A DNA stretch of 64,000 nt. It comes from a virus. Below the pieces are notes generated by a model. That model searched no databases. It saw only the letters and a list, made by a program, of their open reading frames with translations, and was not told the origin of the DNA. This document shows positions 34,988-43,838 of this stretch, piece after piece. The translations under genes were made by a program, and so were the position numbers. The DNA lies in IMG/VR virus record IMGVR_UViG_3300048014_000353, positions 32,001 to 96,000 of that record; one strand, given 5' to 3'. Numbering within the stretch: position 1 is the stretch's first letter; the number at the start of each line of letters is the position of its first letter.

Positions 34988-35129
34988 CCGCGATGCCCGT
35001 AAGTCATTGATCCTGCGTTTACTGCTCGCCAAAAGCAGTGTCACTGTACTTTCGTTCACGACACAACGAAACGCGCGAGACCCGTTCGGATCTCGCACGT
35101 CGAACTGTCGTCGGATGTAGGCGCAGGCC

Positions 35130-35978
35130 TTAGGCTGCGCGCGTCGCGCCGGCCGCGAGGAGCTCGAGGCGGAGTGCCTTCAAGGCCTTCTCCATCATCT
35201 CAAGCTTCTGCGCGAGGACGCCGTTTCGGCCGTCGGTCGTCTGCGCGAGCGCGGCGATCTCCGCCCGGGTGAGCCCACGGCCGATGCGCTCTGCCAGTCC
35301 CTCGATTCGCGCAAGCGCGTCGAGCGCGCGGTCCCGGCTCTCCCCGTCGTCCTTCGGGACAGCGAAGAGATCGACTTGAGCCTCGGCGTCAAGGTGCGCT
35401 TGCACCGTGCGCCGAAGTTCCGCGTACGAGCGGCACTTGCCCGCGCCGATGGCGTCGAAGACAAGGCGCTGTCGGAGCGGCGGGAGTTTCGCCATCTCGA
35501 ACGCCTGCGACGGCGTGAGGATGCCGCGGGCGAGCGCGTCCTGGTACTCTGGAGTCAACTTCAAGAGAGCCGTCCTTTCTGTGACACGCCAGACCTGCTT
35601 CAGGCCGAGCCGCTGAGCGAGTTCCTCGGGGGTGAGCCCCGCGTCGAGGCGACGCTGGAACGCGCGCGCCTCCTCGAGCGGGGTGATGTCCTTGCGTTGC
35701 AGGTTCTCGACGATGGCCGCGTCGGCCATGTCGTCGTCCGTCATCTCGACAACCTCGGCCCGGATGGTCTCGGCGCCGAACACCTGGTGCGCGCGCCACC
35801 GTCGCTCGCCGCAGACAATTTCGTAGCCGTCCCCGGACGGACGGACCTTGATCGCCTGGAGAAGGCCTCTGGCCTGGATGCTTGCTGCGAGCTCCTCGAG
35901 TTCGGCCCGCGGGAAGATCTTCCTCGGCTGATGGGGGTTCGGGCGCACCATGCCCATCGGCAGTTCCCGAAGCGTCAC
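35130..35978 (-). CDS. parB: ParB/RepB/Spo0J family protein
   Basis: PNPHQPRKIF...ELAASIQARGLLQAIKVR...YEIVCGERRWRA...VENLQRKDITPLEEA plus HTH. Confidence 0.93.
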   Translation of the reverse strand: MTLRELPMGMVRPNPHQPRKIFPRAELEELAASIQARGLLQAIKVRPSGDGYEIVCGERRWRAHQVFGAETIRAEVVEMTDDDMADAAIVENLQRKDITPLEEARAFQRRLDAGLTPEELAQRLGLKQVWRVTERTALLKLTPEYQDALARGILTPSQAFEMAKLPPLRQRLVFDAIGAGKCRSYAELRRTVQAHLDAEAQVDLFAVPKDDGESRDRALDALARIEGLAERIGRGLTRAEIAALAQTTDGRNGVLAQKLEMMEKALKALRLELLAAGATRAA

Positions 35979-36295
35979 GACGCCACCTCGTACTCTTCGC
36001 CCTTCACCGGGTCGAAGAAGTCGGCGATGCGCTCGGCGTCTGCCTCGAGCGCGTCCAGCCGGGCCCGCGCCTCCCGCGCGCTCGCCGCGATGCCACGGTA
36101 CGCCCGTGCGCGGCTCACCTCGGTCGCAAGACCGACCTGCGGTGTGCTCCCGAGGCGCGCTGCCTGGAGTTCGGCGTCCCGGAGCAATCGGAGTACGCCC
36201 TGAAGTTTCTTCGGAAACGATTCGTTCACGTCGGACCTCGCTTGCGAGAACTCCGTGGAGTTCGTGTGGGTGGATGGGAAACGAGGGTCACTCAC
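35975..36295 (-). CDS. Hypothetical protein
   Basis: GTGA-coupled at both ends. Confidence 0.55.
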   Translation of the reverse strand: MSDPRFPSTHTNSTEFSQARSDVNESFPKKLQGVLRLLRDAELQAARLGSTPQVGLATEVSRARAYRGIAASAREARARLDALEADAERIADFFDPVKGEEYEVAS

Positions 36296-36546
36296 CACTG
36301 GGCGAGTTCGTTCTCGAGGAAGACGCGGCGCCCGCCGCGATCGTGCGCGATGAGGTAGACCCACGAGCCGGCCTGCAGCGTGGTCTTCCCATCCGGGTGC
36401 TTATCGCCGGCCCCGCGCCACTGCCCGTCCCCGATGAGGTGGCCCAGGTAGCGGACCGGCCCTACGGTCCTGCGGACCATGTCACCGCCGCCGAACTTTG
36501 CTTTCGTGATGGTCTTCGTGGCGGCGTTGGCTGCGCTGCTGTTCAT
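36292..36546 (-). CDS. Hypothetical protein
   Basis: First gene after promoter C copy 1. Confidence 0.55.
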   Translation of the reverse strand: MNSSAANAATKTITKAKFGGGDMVRRTVGPVRYLGHLIGDGQWRGAGDKHPDGKTTLQAGSWVYLIAHDRGGRRVFLENELAQW

Positions 36547-36552
36547 ACGTAT

Positions 36553-36584
36553 AACCTAGCACAATGAAGACAGTGTGCACGAGA
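36553..36584 (-). promoter_or_regulatory. Family C promoter/operator, copy 1
   Basis: Minus strand GTGCAC-N16-TAGGTT with TGn; shares TAGCAC...AGACAGTGTGCAC with 37287-37314. Confidence 0.6.
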
Positions 36585-36687
36585 TAGGCGCACGCGTATT
36601 CGAAGTTTTTTCTCTCGCGGTTTCAGCAGCCTGCGCGCAGGGTCCCCCTTGCGCGGGTGGGGCAGCACCACCGACCGCTCCAAATAA

Positions 36688-36780
36688 CCACGGGCCCTCG
36701 CGCCTCTTGCCGCCGAGCGCATCGGAACGGCGAAGGGGACGCGAGGGCCCGTGGAAGCCCGGATACCGCGCTTTCGGGCT
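36688..36780 (-). terminator. Long hairpin(s) 3' of the DUF488 gene
   Basis: Perfect 15-bp inverted repeat 36688-36702 / 36740-36754 followed by TTATTT on the minus strand; second hairpin at 36756-36780. Confidence 0.55.
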
Positions 36781-37247
36781 CAACCCGTAAAGAGCGTGCC
36801 TTGGCGTTTGATGTCGAGGGAGCCGGGCGCGGGCGGCTTGGAGATGTCGATCTCCTCGCCGAGCAGCGGTTGCTTGTCCTTGCCGAACGTCAACTCGCCC
36901 ACCTTGACCTGAAGGTGGCGCTCGAACCACGCCGCCACGAGGCGGCGATGGCACCAGTTTTTACCGCCACCGGGTTCGTCGAACGGCGGGATCTCGTAGC
37001 AGAGCAGCACGGGCTCGGCGCCCGCCGCCAGCGTGTGGAGCTCATCCCAGACCGTCTTCGGGTCGAGCGGCCCCAAGATCTCCTTGGCGAAGAGTTCCTC
37101 GTAGCGCGTGCGCGCGACGCTGTTGAACCAGGAGCCAGGCGCGAGCGCCTTGAACTGCCGGTAGCCGGCGGGTGTCCCCCGCGGCGCGAACCGCGCGATC
37201 GAGATGCGCCCCGGCCCCTTGTACGTACGGAATGACCCCGTTTTCAT
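36780..37247 (-). CDS. DUF488-family protein
   Basis: RISIARFAP...LAPGSWF...RYEELF...LDP...LLCYE...CHRRLVAAWF. Confidence 0.82.
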   Translation of the reverse strand: MKTGSFRTYKGPGRISIARFAPRGTPAGYRQFKALAPGSWFNSVARTRYEELFAKEILGPLDPKTVWDELHTLAAGAEPVLLCYEIPPFDEPGGGKNWCHRRLVAAWFERHLQVKVGELTFGKDKQPLLGEEIDISKPPAPGSLDIKRQGTLFTG

Positions 37248-37286
37248 CGTCTTGTCCCTTCGGGTGGATGGTGAGTGGCATTGACT

Positions 37287-37314
37287 AATGTAGCACTGTA
37301 CAGACAGTGTGCAC
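37287..37314 (-). promoter_or_regulatory. Family C promoter/operator, copy 2 (divergent gap)
   Basis: GTGCAC-N16-TACATT with TGn; palindrome CACTGT-ACAG-ACAGTG at 37294-37309. Confidence 0.65.
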
Positions 37315-37338
37315 AAGAATTAGACGATCGCGAGCCGA

Positions 37339-38691
37339 ATGTTCGTAGGCGCCATCCCCATCGAGTGCATCGAGCAACTCGCGGCCGTGATGCCGGTCGA
37401 GTCGTGGCGCCTGGTCTACTCGTGCTGCTCCGGAAGCTTCCGTGCTGACGAAGCGCTCGGGTCACGCTTCCCGATGCTCAGCATCACGTCGAACGACGTG
37501 GCCCTGCTGTCGTGCGCGATCGGCAAGCTGGCGGTCGGAGATGAACTCCCGCTCACGTTCAAGGAGCGCCTCGCGTTCGCCGAGGACGCGATTGGCGGCG
37601 CAAAGGCCGACCCGATGGACCGCGTCGCGGCCGTGATGGTCGCCTTCGCGATGAGCAAGTTCAAGGGGAACAATCTCTTCGCGCAAAAGCACTTCGCGCA
37701 CTACCAAGAGCACTTCGCGCACTACGTTGCGGGTGCCCGAGAGCGCCTCGAGAAGCGTCTCAGTTCGATTCGGATTACTGGCTTCAACGCCTGCGACTTC
37801 CGGGAGCACGCCAAAGAAGGCATCGCGCGCGGCGCGGCCATCGTCGCCTTTCCACCCACGTACAAGCGTGGCTACGAGGCGATGTACAAATTCCTCGAGC
37901 AGAACGTCAACTGGACCCCGCCCACCTACGACCTCTGGGACCCGGAGCTTCTGCCGGAGTGGGTCACGAGCCTCGACGAGGCCGGTGCCAAGTACGCCAT
38001 CTGGGCCGACCACCTCCTGCCGGGGCGCGAGCCAGTCGCGGGCTTCTTCTCCAGCACCAACAAGCCCGTCTACCTGTACGGGTCGAGCACGCAGGCGAGC
38101 GTGCGCCGCAAGGTGCATCCGGTCGAGGCCTTCCGCTACGTCGCGGTCACCCCGGAGCAGGTGAAGAAAGACGCCACAGTGTCCGTCGTGCGCGCGACCA
38201 GCGCGCAGATGAACTTCCTGAAGGACCACTACCTCGCCAAGGGGATCGCGCACATCTCGGGGCAGTTCAACTTCCTCGTGCTGCTCTCCGGGCGTCTCGT
38301 CGGCGGGTTCATCCTCGCCCGCGACAAGTTCGGTCACGGCGACTCCGCGTACCTCCTGAGCGACTTCTCGATCGTTCGAGAGAACCGACTCTCCAAGCTC
38401 GTCGCGATGATGGCCACGTCTAGGCCGGTCATCGACATCGTCGAGCGGGCTCTCTTCCAGCGAATCCGCAAGATCTCCACGACGGCATTCACCGACAAGC
38501 CGGTGAGCATGAAGTACCGCTGGATCTTCACCCTCGTGGGTCGCAAAGAGAAGCATCTGAATTACGAAAGCGCCGTGAGGCCTGGTGACTACCAAAGCAT
38601 CTACCGGGAGTGGTTCCGAAAGTACGCCCAAGCCGGCGACCCCGGGGGTCGAGCCGCTCCGGGTGGAGCCGCGCAAGGTTCGCCTTCGTGA
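37339..38691 (+). CDS. Antirestriction-type adenine methyltransferase-like domain fused to a GNAT/Mom-like domain
   Basis: SAM-loop-like SCCSGSF and FPPTY (DPPY variant); C-terminal DHYL...LVGGF...YLLSDF...RLSKLV...TTAFT..PVSMKYR has a GNAT-like element order (inference). Confidence 0.7.
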   Translation: MFVGAIPIECIEQLAAVMPVESWRLVYSCCSGSFRADEALGSRFPMLSITSNDVALLSCAIGKLAVGDELPLTFKERLAFAEDAIGGAKADPMDRVAAVMVAFAMSKFKGNNLFAQKHFAHYQEHFAHYVAGARERLEKRLSSIRITGFNACDFREHAKEGIARGAAIVAFPPTYKRGYEAMYKFLEQNVNWTPPTYDLWDPELLPEWVTSLDEAGAKYAIWADHLLPGREPVAGFFSSTNKPVYLYGSSTQASVRRKVHPVEAFRYVAVTPEQVKKDATVSVVRATSAQMNFLKDHYLAKGIAHISGQFNFLVLLSGRLVGGFILARDKFGHGDSAYLLSDFSIVRENRLSKLVAMMATSRPVIDIVERALFQRIRKISTTAFTDKPVSMKYRWIFTLVGRKEKHLNYESAVRPGDYQSIYREWFRKYAQAGDPGGRAAPGGAAQGSPS

Positions 38692-39376
38692 TCTGACTCT
38701 CCTCGAGAAGGAGAAGAACCCCCGGTACATGACCGGGCCGCAGTTCAAGCAGCTTACGAGCAACCTCGAAGCCGACGGTGCCATGACGAGCACCCCGACC
38801 GTCCACAAGGGCATCGTCCTCTCCGGAAACCACCGGGTCGAGGCCGCGCTCAAGGCCGGCATCGAGGAGGGGTGGGTGCTCGAGATCCTGAACGAGGATC
38901 TGCCCGACGATCGAAAGATGGCCATCCAGCTTTCGCACAATGCGATCACTGGCCAGGACGACCCCAACCTACTCGCCGACTTCTACAAGAACCTCGACTT
39001 TAGTTGGGCGAAGTACTCCGGCCTGACCGACGACGTTCTCAAAGCAGCGACCAAGCTCGAGAGCGTGTCACTGACAGTCGGCCCCCCCGAGTACACGGAA
39101 CTGATGATGGCGTTCCTACCCGAGGATGCCGACCGGTTCCTGGCCCACATCGACAAGGTGGCCAAGCACGCGGGACGCCGCCACGTGATGGCGGCGCGCT
39201 TCGCCGACTTCGACAAGGCGTTCGACGCGATTGTGCGCGTCAAACAGCTCAAAAACATTCAGAACATCGCCGTCACGTTCGCCACTCTCGTTGAGATGGC
39301 GCTGGAGCGCATCGAGCAGCTCGAAGCCGAACGGGACGCCGAAGGGGAGGCCGCAGTCTCGGCCCCCGTCCCGTAG
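38585..39376 (+). CDS. ParB/Srx N-terminal-domain protein
   Basis: KNPRYMT...LTSNLEADG...LSGNHRVEAA...QLSHNAITGQDD; exact start uncertain. Confidence 0.8.
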   Translation: MTTKASTGSGSESTPKPATPGVEPLRVEPRKVRLRDLTLLEKEKNPRYMTGPQFKQLTSNLEADGAMTSTPTVHKGIVLSGNHRVEAALKAGIEEGWVLEILNEDLPDDRKMAIQLSHNAITGQDDPNLLADFYKNLDFSWAKYSGLTDDVLKAATKLESVSLTVGPPEYTELMMAFLPEDADRFLAHIDKVAKHAGRRHVMAARFADFDKAFDAIVRVKQLKNIQNIAVTFATLVEMALERIEQLEAERDAEGEAAVSAPVP

Positions 39377-39391
39377 TGCGGTAGGTTTCCG

Positions 39392-39967
39392 ATGTCTCCC
39401 AACGACAATGAAGGCGGGACGCCTTCCCCCGAGATCGCGCCCGTCGTCCCCTCCATCATCGGAGGCGATGGGCCTCCGGGTGGAAGCGCGCCGCCACCCA
39501 CCAAGCGCCGGAGTCCCAACCCCAAGGGGCGAAAGCCGCGCTTCACGATCGCGCAGGTCGAAGAGGCGCTGCGGCACGGCGGCGGACTCTACACGTACGC
39601 CGCGCGCATCCTACACTGCGCGCCGAACACGATCGCGAACTACGTCAACCGGAGCGAGCGTCTTCAGGACGTCCTCTCGGAGTTGAACGTGACGATGCTG
39701 GACCTGGCCGAGGCCAACCTCTTCAAGCACATCGTCGATTCGAACCTGACCGCGCTCATCTTCTATCTGAAGTGCAAGGGGAAGCTGCGGGGCTACGTCG
39801 AGCGTCAAGAGGTCTCCGGCCCTGCCGGCGCGCCGATCGGAGTTCAACTCACCGACGGCGAAGTGGCGAAAATGAGCGACGAGGACATCCTCAGCCGTAT
39901 CGAACAGATCGGGCAGAAGAGTGGGTCCGGAGGAGCAACTTCTTCGTCTAGAGCTCGAAAGGCGTAG
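39392..39967 (+). CDS. terS: Terminase small subunit-like protein
   Basis: HTH (ALRHGGGLYTYAARILHCAPNTI) then LDLAEANL...LIFYLKCKGKLRGYVERQEVSG; directly upstream of TerL. Confidence 0.8.
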   Translation: MSPNDNEGGTPSPEIAPVVPSIIGGDGPPGGSAPPPTKRRSPNPKGRKPRFTIAQVEEALRHGGGLYTYAARILHCAPNTIANYVNRSERLQDVLSELNVTMLDLAEANLFKHIVDSNLTALIFYLKCKGKLRGYVERQEVSGPAGAPIGVQLTDGEVAKMSDEDILSRIEQIGQKSGSGGATSSSRARKA

Positions 39968-41378
39968 GCGTCGGCGCACCAATGAGCCACTCGTGGACTA
40001 TGTCCACGACGTCACTCCTCGTTGGGAGCGCCCCGAACACCTCCTTCCGATCTGCTCGCTCTTCGAGCGAATCAAGAACGGCGAGTCGCTCTTCGCGTGC
40101 ATCTCGGTTCCGCCGCAGCACGGCAAGAGCCAGACGATCCTCCACGGCTGCGCGCAGCTCTTTCAGCGCAACCCGACTGACACGATCGCCTACGTCTCCT
40201 ACGGCGCGACCATCGCCGAAGAACAGAGCCGCGATTGCCAGGCGATCCTACGGCGCGCTGGGGTAGCGCTCAACCCGAATGCGCTGTCGGCCGGAAGCTG
40301 GCAGACCGCCGCGGGTGGCCGCTTCTATGCGGTCGGCGTCGGCGGCCCGCTCACAAGCCGGCCGATCACGCGCCTGCTCATCGTCGACGACCCGTACGAA
40401 AACCGGCAGCAGGCCGAGAGCGCCATCACACGAAACCACATCGTCAGCTGGTTCTCGTCGGTCGGCGTCACTCGTATCCACCCGGGCGCCAGCATCATCG
40501 TAGTCCACACGCGGTGGCACGAAGACGATCTCATCGGTCGGCTCACCCGCGGTCTTACCACCGAGGGCATCCCTGGATGGGAGTACGTCAACCTGCCGGC
40601 GATCGCCGACGGAACGGACCCATCACGTCCCGTAGGGACTGCCCTTTGGCATGCACGGCCGCTCGAACTCTTCACGCGCATTCGCGCGAGCGGGTCGCTC
40701 ACGGACCACGACTGGGAGTCGATGTACATGGGGCGCCCGCGCCCCCGTGGAGCCCAGCTCTTTCGCGGCGTCACATACTACAGCGAGCTTCCCAAGACGT
40801 ACCGCGTCGGCAAGGGCGTCGACCTCGCCTACACGGCCAAGAGCCGCGCCGATCACTCGGCCGGCATCGTGGTCCTGCAGGCGGATGAGAAGTTCTACGT
40901 CGCGCACGTCGAGCGTCGCCAGCTGGAACTCGACCAGTTCATCCCGTACCTCGTGGCCCAGTCACGAACGTACAAGGGGGTCTACCGGTTCTCGACCAGC
41001 AGCACCGAGAAGGGCATCGCCCAGCTCTCGAAGCTGCTACCCGCGGACTCCATCCGCATCCATGGCGAGCTCGCCATGAGCGACAAGTTCACCCACTCGC
41101 AGCGCAGTGCGACCGAGTGGAACGCGGGTCGCATCATGGTCCCCGACGAAGCGGCGCAAGCTCAGCTTCGTGCGCTTGGTCTCGACACCGATTGGGTGAA
41201 ACCGTTCGTCGAGGAGATGAACCGCTTCACCGGTGTCTCTGACCGCGAGGACGACCAGTGCGACGCGCTCTTCAACGCGATCGACACCTTCCCAGCCAAG
41301 AAGAGCAAGCCCCCCGTGACCGGTGGCGGCTTCTATCCCGGCATCCAGCACGACGACCTGCCTGCGGGTTACGGCTGA
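39921..41378 (+). CDS. terL: Terminase large subunit
   Basis: Walker A PPQHGKS, Walker B LLIVDDPY, TRWHEDDL, GVDLA, DDQCDA nuclease motif. Confidence 0.95.
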   Translation: MGPEEQLLRLELERRRRRRTNEPLVDYVHDVTPRWERPEHLLPICSLFERIKNGESLFACISVPPQHGKSQTILHGCAQLFQRNPTDTIAYVSYGATIAEEQSRDCQAILRRAGVALNPNALSAGSWQTAAGGRFYAVGVGGPLTSRPITRLLIVDDPYENRQQAESAITRNHIVSWFSSVGVTRIHPGASIIVVHTRWHEDDLIGRLTRGLTTEGIPGWEYVNLPAIADGTDPSRPVGTALWHARPLELFTRIRASGSLTDHDWESMYMGRPRPRGAQLFRGVTYYSELPKTYRVGKGVDLAYTAKSRADHSAGIVVLQADEKFYVAHVERRQLELDQFIPYLVAQSRTYKGVYRFSTSSTEKGIAQLSKLLPADSIRIHGELAMSDKFTHSQRSATEWNAGRIMVPDEAAQAQLRALGLDTDWVKPFVEEMNRFTGVSDREDDQCDALFNAIDTFPAKKSKPPVTGGGFYPGIQHDDLPAGYG

Positions 41379-41434
41379 TGCCTTTCCACTGACCCGCGCC
41401 ACGACTGGCGCGCCCGAGAGAGCGCGCGAGCGGA

Positions 41435-43753
41435 ATGGCCACCAAGCGAACCAAGCTCCGTCGCACGCCGAAGACCGTGCCGATGGCCTCGCGCGGGACG
41501 CGCCCCGCGTCCTCGGTCATGCCGAAGACCAAGGCGGCGCCCGAGCCGACGTTCCCGATCGCGGTCAATCCGACCCCGGGCGTCCTCGCCCCGCCGCCGC
41601 TCATCGACCGCTACCCCCTCGTCCAGGGGCAGCAGCTCACCTTTACCTATCTCGCGAGCATCTTTCGGCTCGCGACGACGGGCTACCGTCAGCAATTCGT
41701 CGACCTGCTCCGCGAGCTCGTCGAGAACGACGGGCACCTCCTCTCGGTCCTTCAGAAGCGGATCCTGGCAGTCGCAAACGGCCGGATTCGGTTCACGCCT
41801 GCGGTGGATGAGGACCATCCGGAGTCGGAGCTCGCCAAAGAGGTCTGCGAGCTCTGTGAGATTGAGGTCCTCCGGATCCCGAACCTCACGCAGTCGCTGG
41901 CGACGTTGCTCTGGGCGATCTACTACGCGGCCAGCTGCGCAGAGATCATCTGGTCGCGCGATACCGCAGGCTGGCACGTCGACCGGCTCGAGTTCGTGCA
42001 CTCGCGCCGCATTTCGTGGCCGGACTCTCAGTCCTGGGACGCCTACATCTGGGACCAGGGCCAGGTCTACGGGTGGCAGTCCCCGTGGGGCGCGGCGGCC
42101 ACCAATAGCGGTGTTTTCGGTCTTCGGATCGGAAACTGGCCCGGCAAGTTCGTCTTCTACGCGCCCCAGATTCAGGGCGATTACCCCACGCGCGACGGCC
42201 TCGGCCGTCAGGCGGCCATCTTCGCGCTCTTCAAGCGCATCGGTGTTCGTGGCGCCAGCTCGTATCTCGAGCGGTTCGCCAAGGGGTTCATGGACGTCTC
42301 GTACAAGACGTCCCACTCTGACGAACATCCGGACGCCCCCCGCGAAGCGACCGCCGACGACATCGCGATCGCCAACCAGATCGCCGCAGCGCTCGGACCG
42401 GGGAGCGGCAGCTACGCCGCTCACCCGGACTCGATCTCCATCAGCCCGCAGTCGTTCGACGGCGGGTCATCGACCAAGATCACCTGGCAGGAGTGGATCG
42501 GCCTCTGCAACGCGGAGATGAGCAAGCTCGTTCTCGGCGGCACGCTGGGAACGGAAGCGGGCAAGGGCGGCGGCAACCGCGCCCTCGGCGAAGTGATGGA
42601 GCGCGGCGAGGTCGAGCTCCAGCAGTTCGACGCGACGACGCTGGCCGAGACGCTCAAGCGCGACCTGGTCTCGTGGATCGTACGGCTCAATCGGCCCGAC
42701 GCGATTCACCTCGTTCCGAACATCGCGATCCACACGGAGAGCGACCCGGACCCCAAGGCGCTCATCGAGAACGCCGAACGCGTCACGGGGATTGGTGGAG
42801 CGGTCGATCTCGACCAGCTGGCTGAGGACACGGGCGTGCCGCTCGTTCCGAACGAGACGGGCAAGCCGCGTCGCTCGTTCAAGAGCGACATGATCAAGCC
42901 GGAGCTCGTGCAGGACGACCTGCTCAGCCCTGAAGCCAAGAAACAAGCCGCCGCCGACTCCAAGGCCAAGCTGGCCGCCGCCACGCGCCCTCAAGTCGTT
43001 GCGTCCACGCGCTCCAACGGCGTGGACACGGACGACGACCAGGCCGACGACGGCAAGCGCGACCCGAAGAAGGCCCCGGCCGCGAAACCCAACGCCAAGC
43101 CCTCGGGTAAGGTCGCCCCTAAGCCGTCCAAGTCTTCCAAGTCGTCCCCCAAGGACAAGGCCGAGAAGGCGGAGAAGCCTTCGAAGGTCAAGAAGGCGAC
43201 CGACGGTCTCTCCTGCGAAGAGGTGGCGCAGGCCGATGCCTTTCGGAAGTTCCTCTTGTCGTCGAAGCGCGACGACAAGGAGATGGCGTACGCCGTCTAC
43301 GAGGAGCTCCTCGAAGATTATCCGCCCGCGGCGCTCGATTGGATCCTTGCCGCGCACTGGGAGGGTCCGATGGAGATCCCGCTCGACCAGATCGACTTCT
43401 CCCAGAGGAAGACCTGGCGCGCGGACACCGACGACCTCACGCCCTACCGCGACCGCCTCAACAAGGCGCTGGCGGGCAACGGTCCGCGCAAACCCGTCAT
43501 CATCGTCAAGACCCCGGGTAATCCGCTCTACCTCATCGTTGACGGCCACCACCGGACGCTCGCCTGCCTCCTGGAGGGCGTTCCTGCCTGGGCCTACGTC
43601 GCCGAGGTACACGTCGACAACGGCCCGTGGCGCCGGCTGCACGCCGAACAGAAACGCGGCAGCAGCAAGAACGACACGTCCGTCGTCGGCTCCTCCCACG
43701 TCTACAGCCCGGACGGTGATGACGGCCTGCCGGAACACGACGACGAGAGCTGA
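41435..43753 (+). CDS. Portal protein (DUF935/Mu gp29 type) with C-terminal ParB/Srx domain
   Basis: ENDGHL..VLQKR, MSKLVLGGTLGTE..GGG..ALGEV; Lys/Pro/Ser linker, then PVIIV...LIVDGHHRTLA. Confidence 0.88.
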   Translation: MATKRTKLRRTPKTVPMASRGTRPASSVMPKTKAAPEPTFPIAVNPTPGVLAPPPLIDRYPLVQGQQLTFTYLASIFRLATTGYRQQFVDLLRELVENDGHLLSVLQKRILAVANGRIRFTPAVDEDHPESELAKEVCELCEIEVLRIPNLTQSLATLLWAIYYAASCAEIIWSRDTAGWHVDRLEFVHSRRISWPDSQSWDAYIWDQGQVYGWQSPWGAAATNSGVFGLRIGNWPGKFVFYAPQIQGDYPTRDGLGRQAAIFALFKRIGVRGASSYLERFAKGFMDVSYKTSHSDEHPDAPREATADDIAIANQIAAALGPGSGSYAAHPDSISISPQSFDGGSSTKITWQEWIGLCNAEMSKLVLGGTLGTEAGKGGGNRALGEVMERGEVELQQFDATTLAETLKRDLVSWIVRLNRPDAIHLVPNIAIHTESDPDPKALIENAERVTGIGGAVDLDQLAEDTGVPLVPNETGKPRRSFKSDMIKPELVQDDLLSPEAKKQAAADSKAKLAAATRPQVVASTRSNGVDTDDDQADDGKRDPKKAPAAKPNAKPSGKVAPKPSKSSKSSPKDKAEKAEKPSKVKKATDGLSCEEVAQADAFRKFLLSSKRDDKEMAYAVYEELLEDYPPAALDWILAAHWEGPMEIPLDQIDFSQRKTWRADTDDLTPYRDRLNKALAGNGPRKPVIIVKTPGNPLYLIVDGHHRTLACLLEGVPAWAYVAEVHVDNGPWRRLHAEQKRGSSKNDTSVVGSSHVYSPDGDDGLPEHDDES

Positions 43754-43838
43754 GACCGCGCGCGCCTGAGAACGGCGCGCGCGCCGACTCCGCGCGGGCG
43801 CACACGCCCGCCTCACACCCTTCCGAGGACACACGACC

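Noticed and set aside
39367-39987. Amber readthrough fusing ParB-like to TerS or TerS to TerL (both upstream genes end in TAG)
   Set aside because: The downstream genes are in different frames; readthrough meets a stop or non-coding-like sequence instead of creating a fusion.
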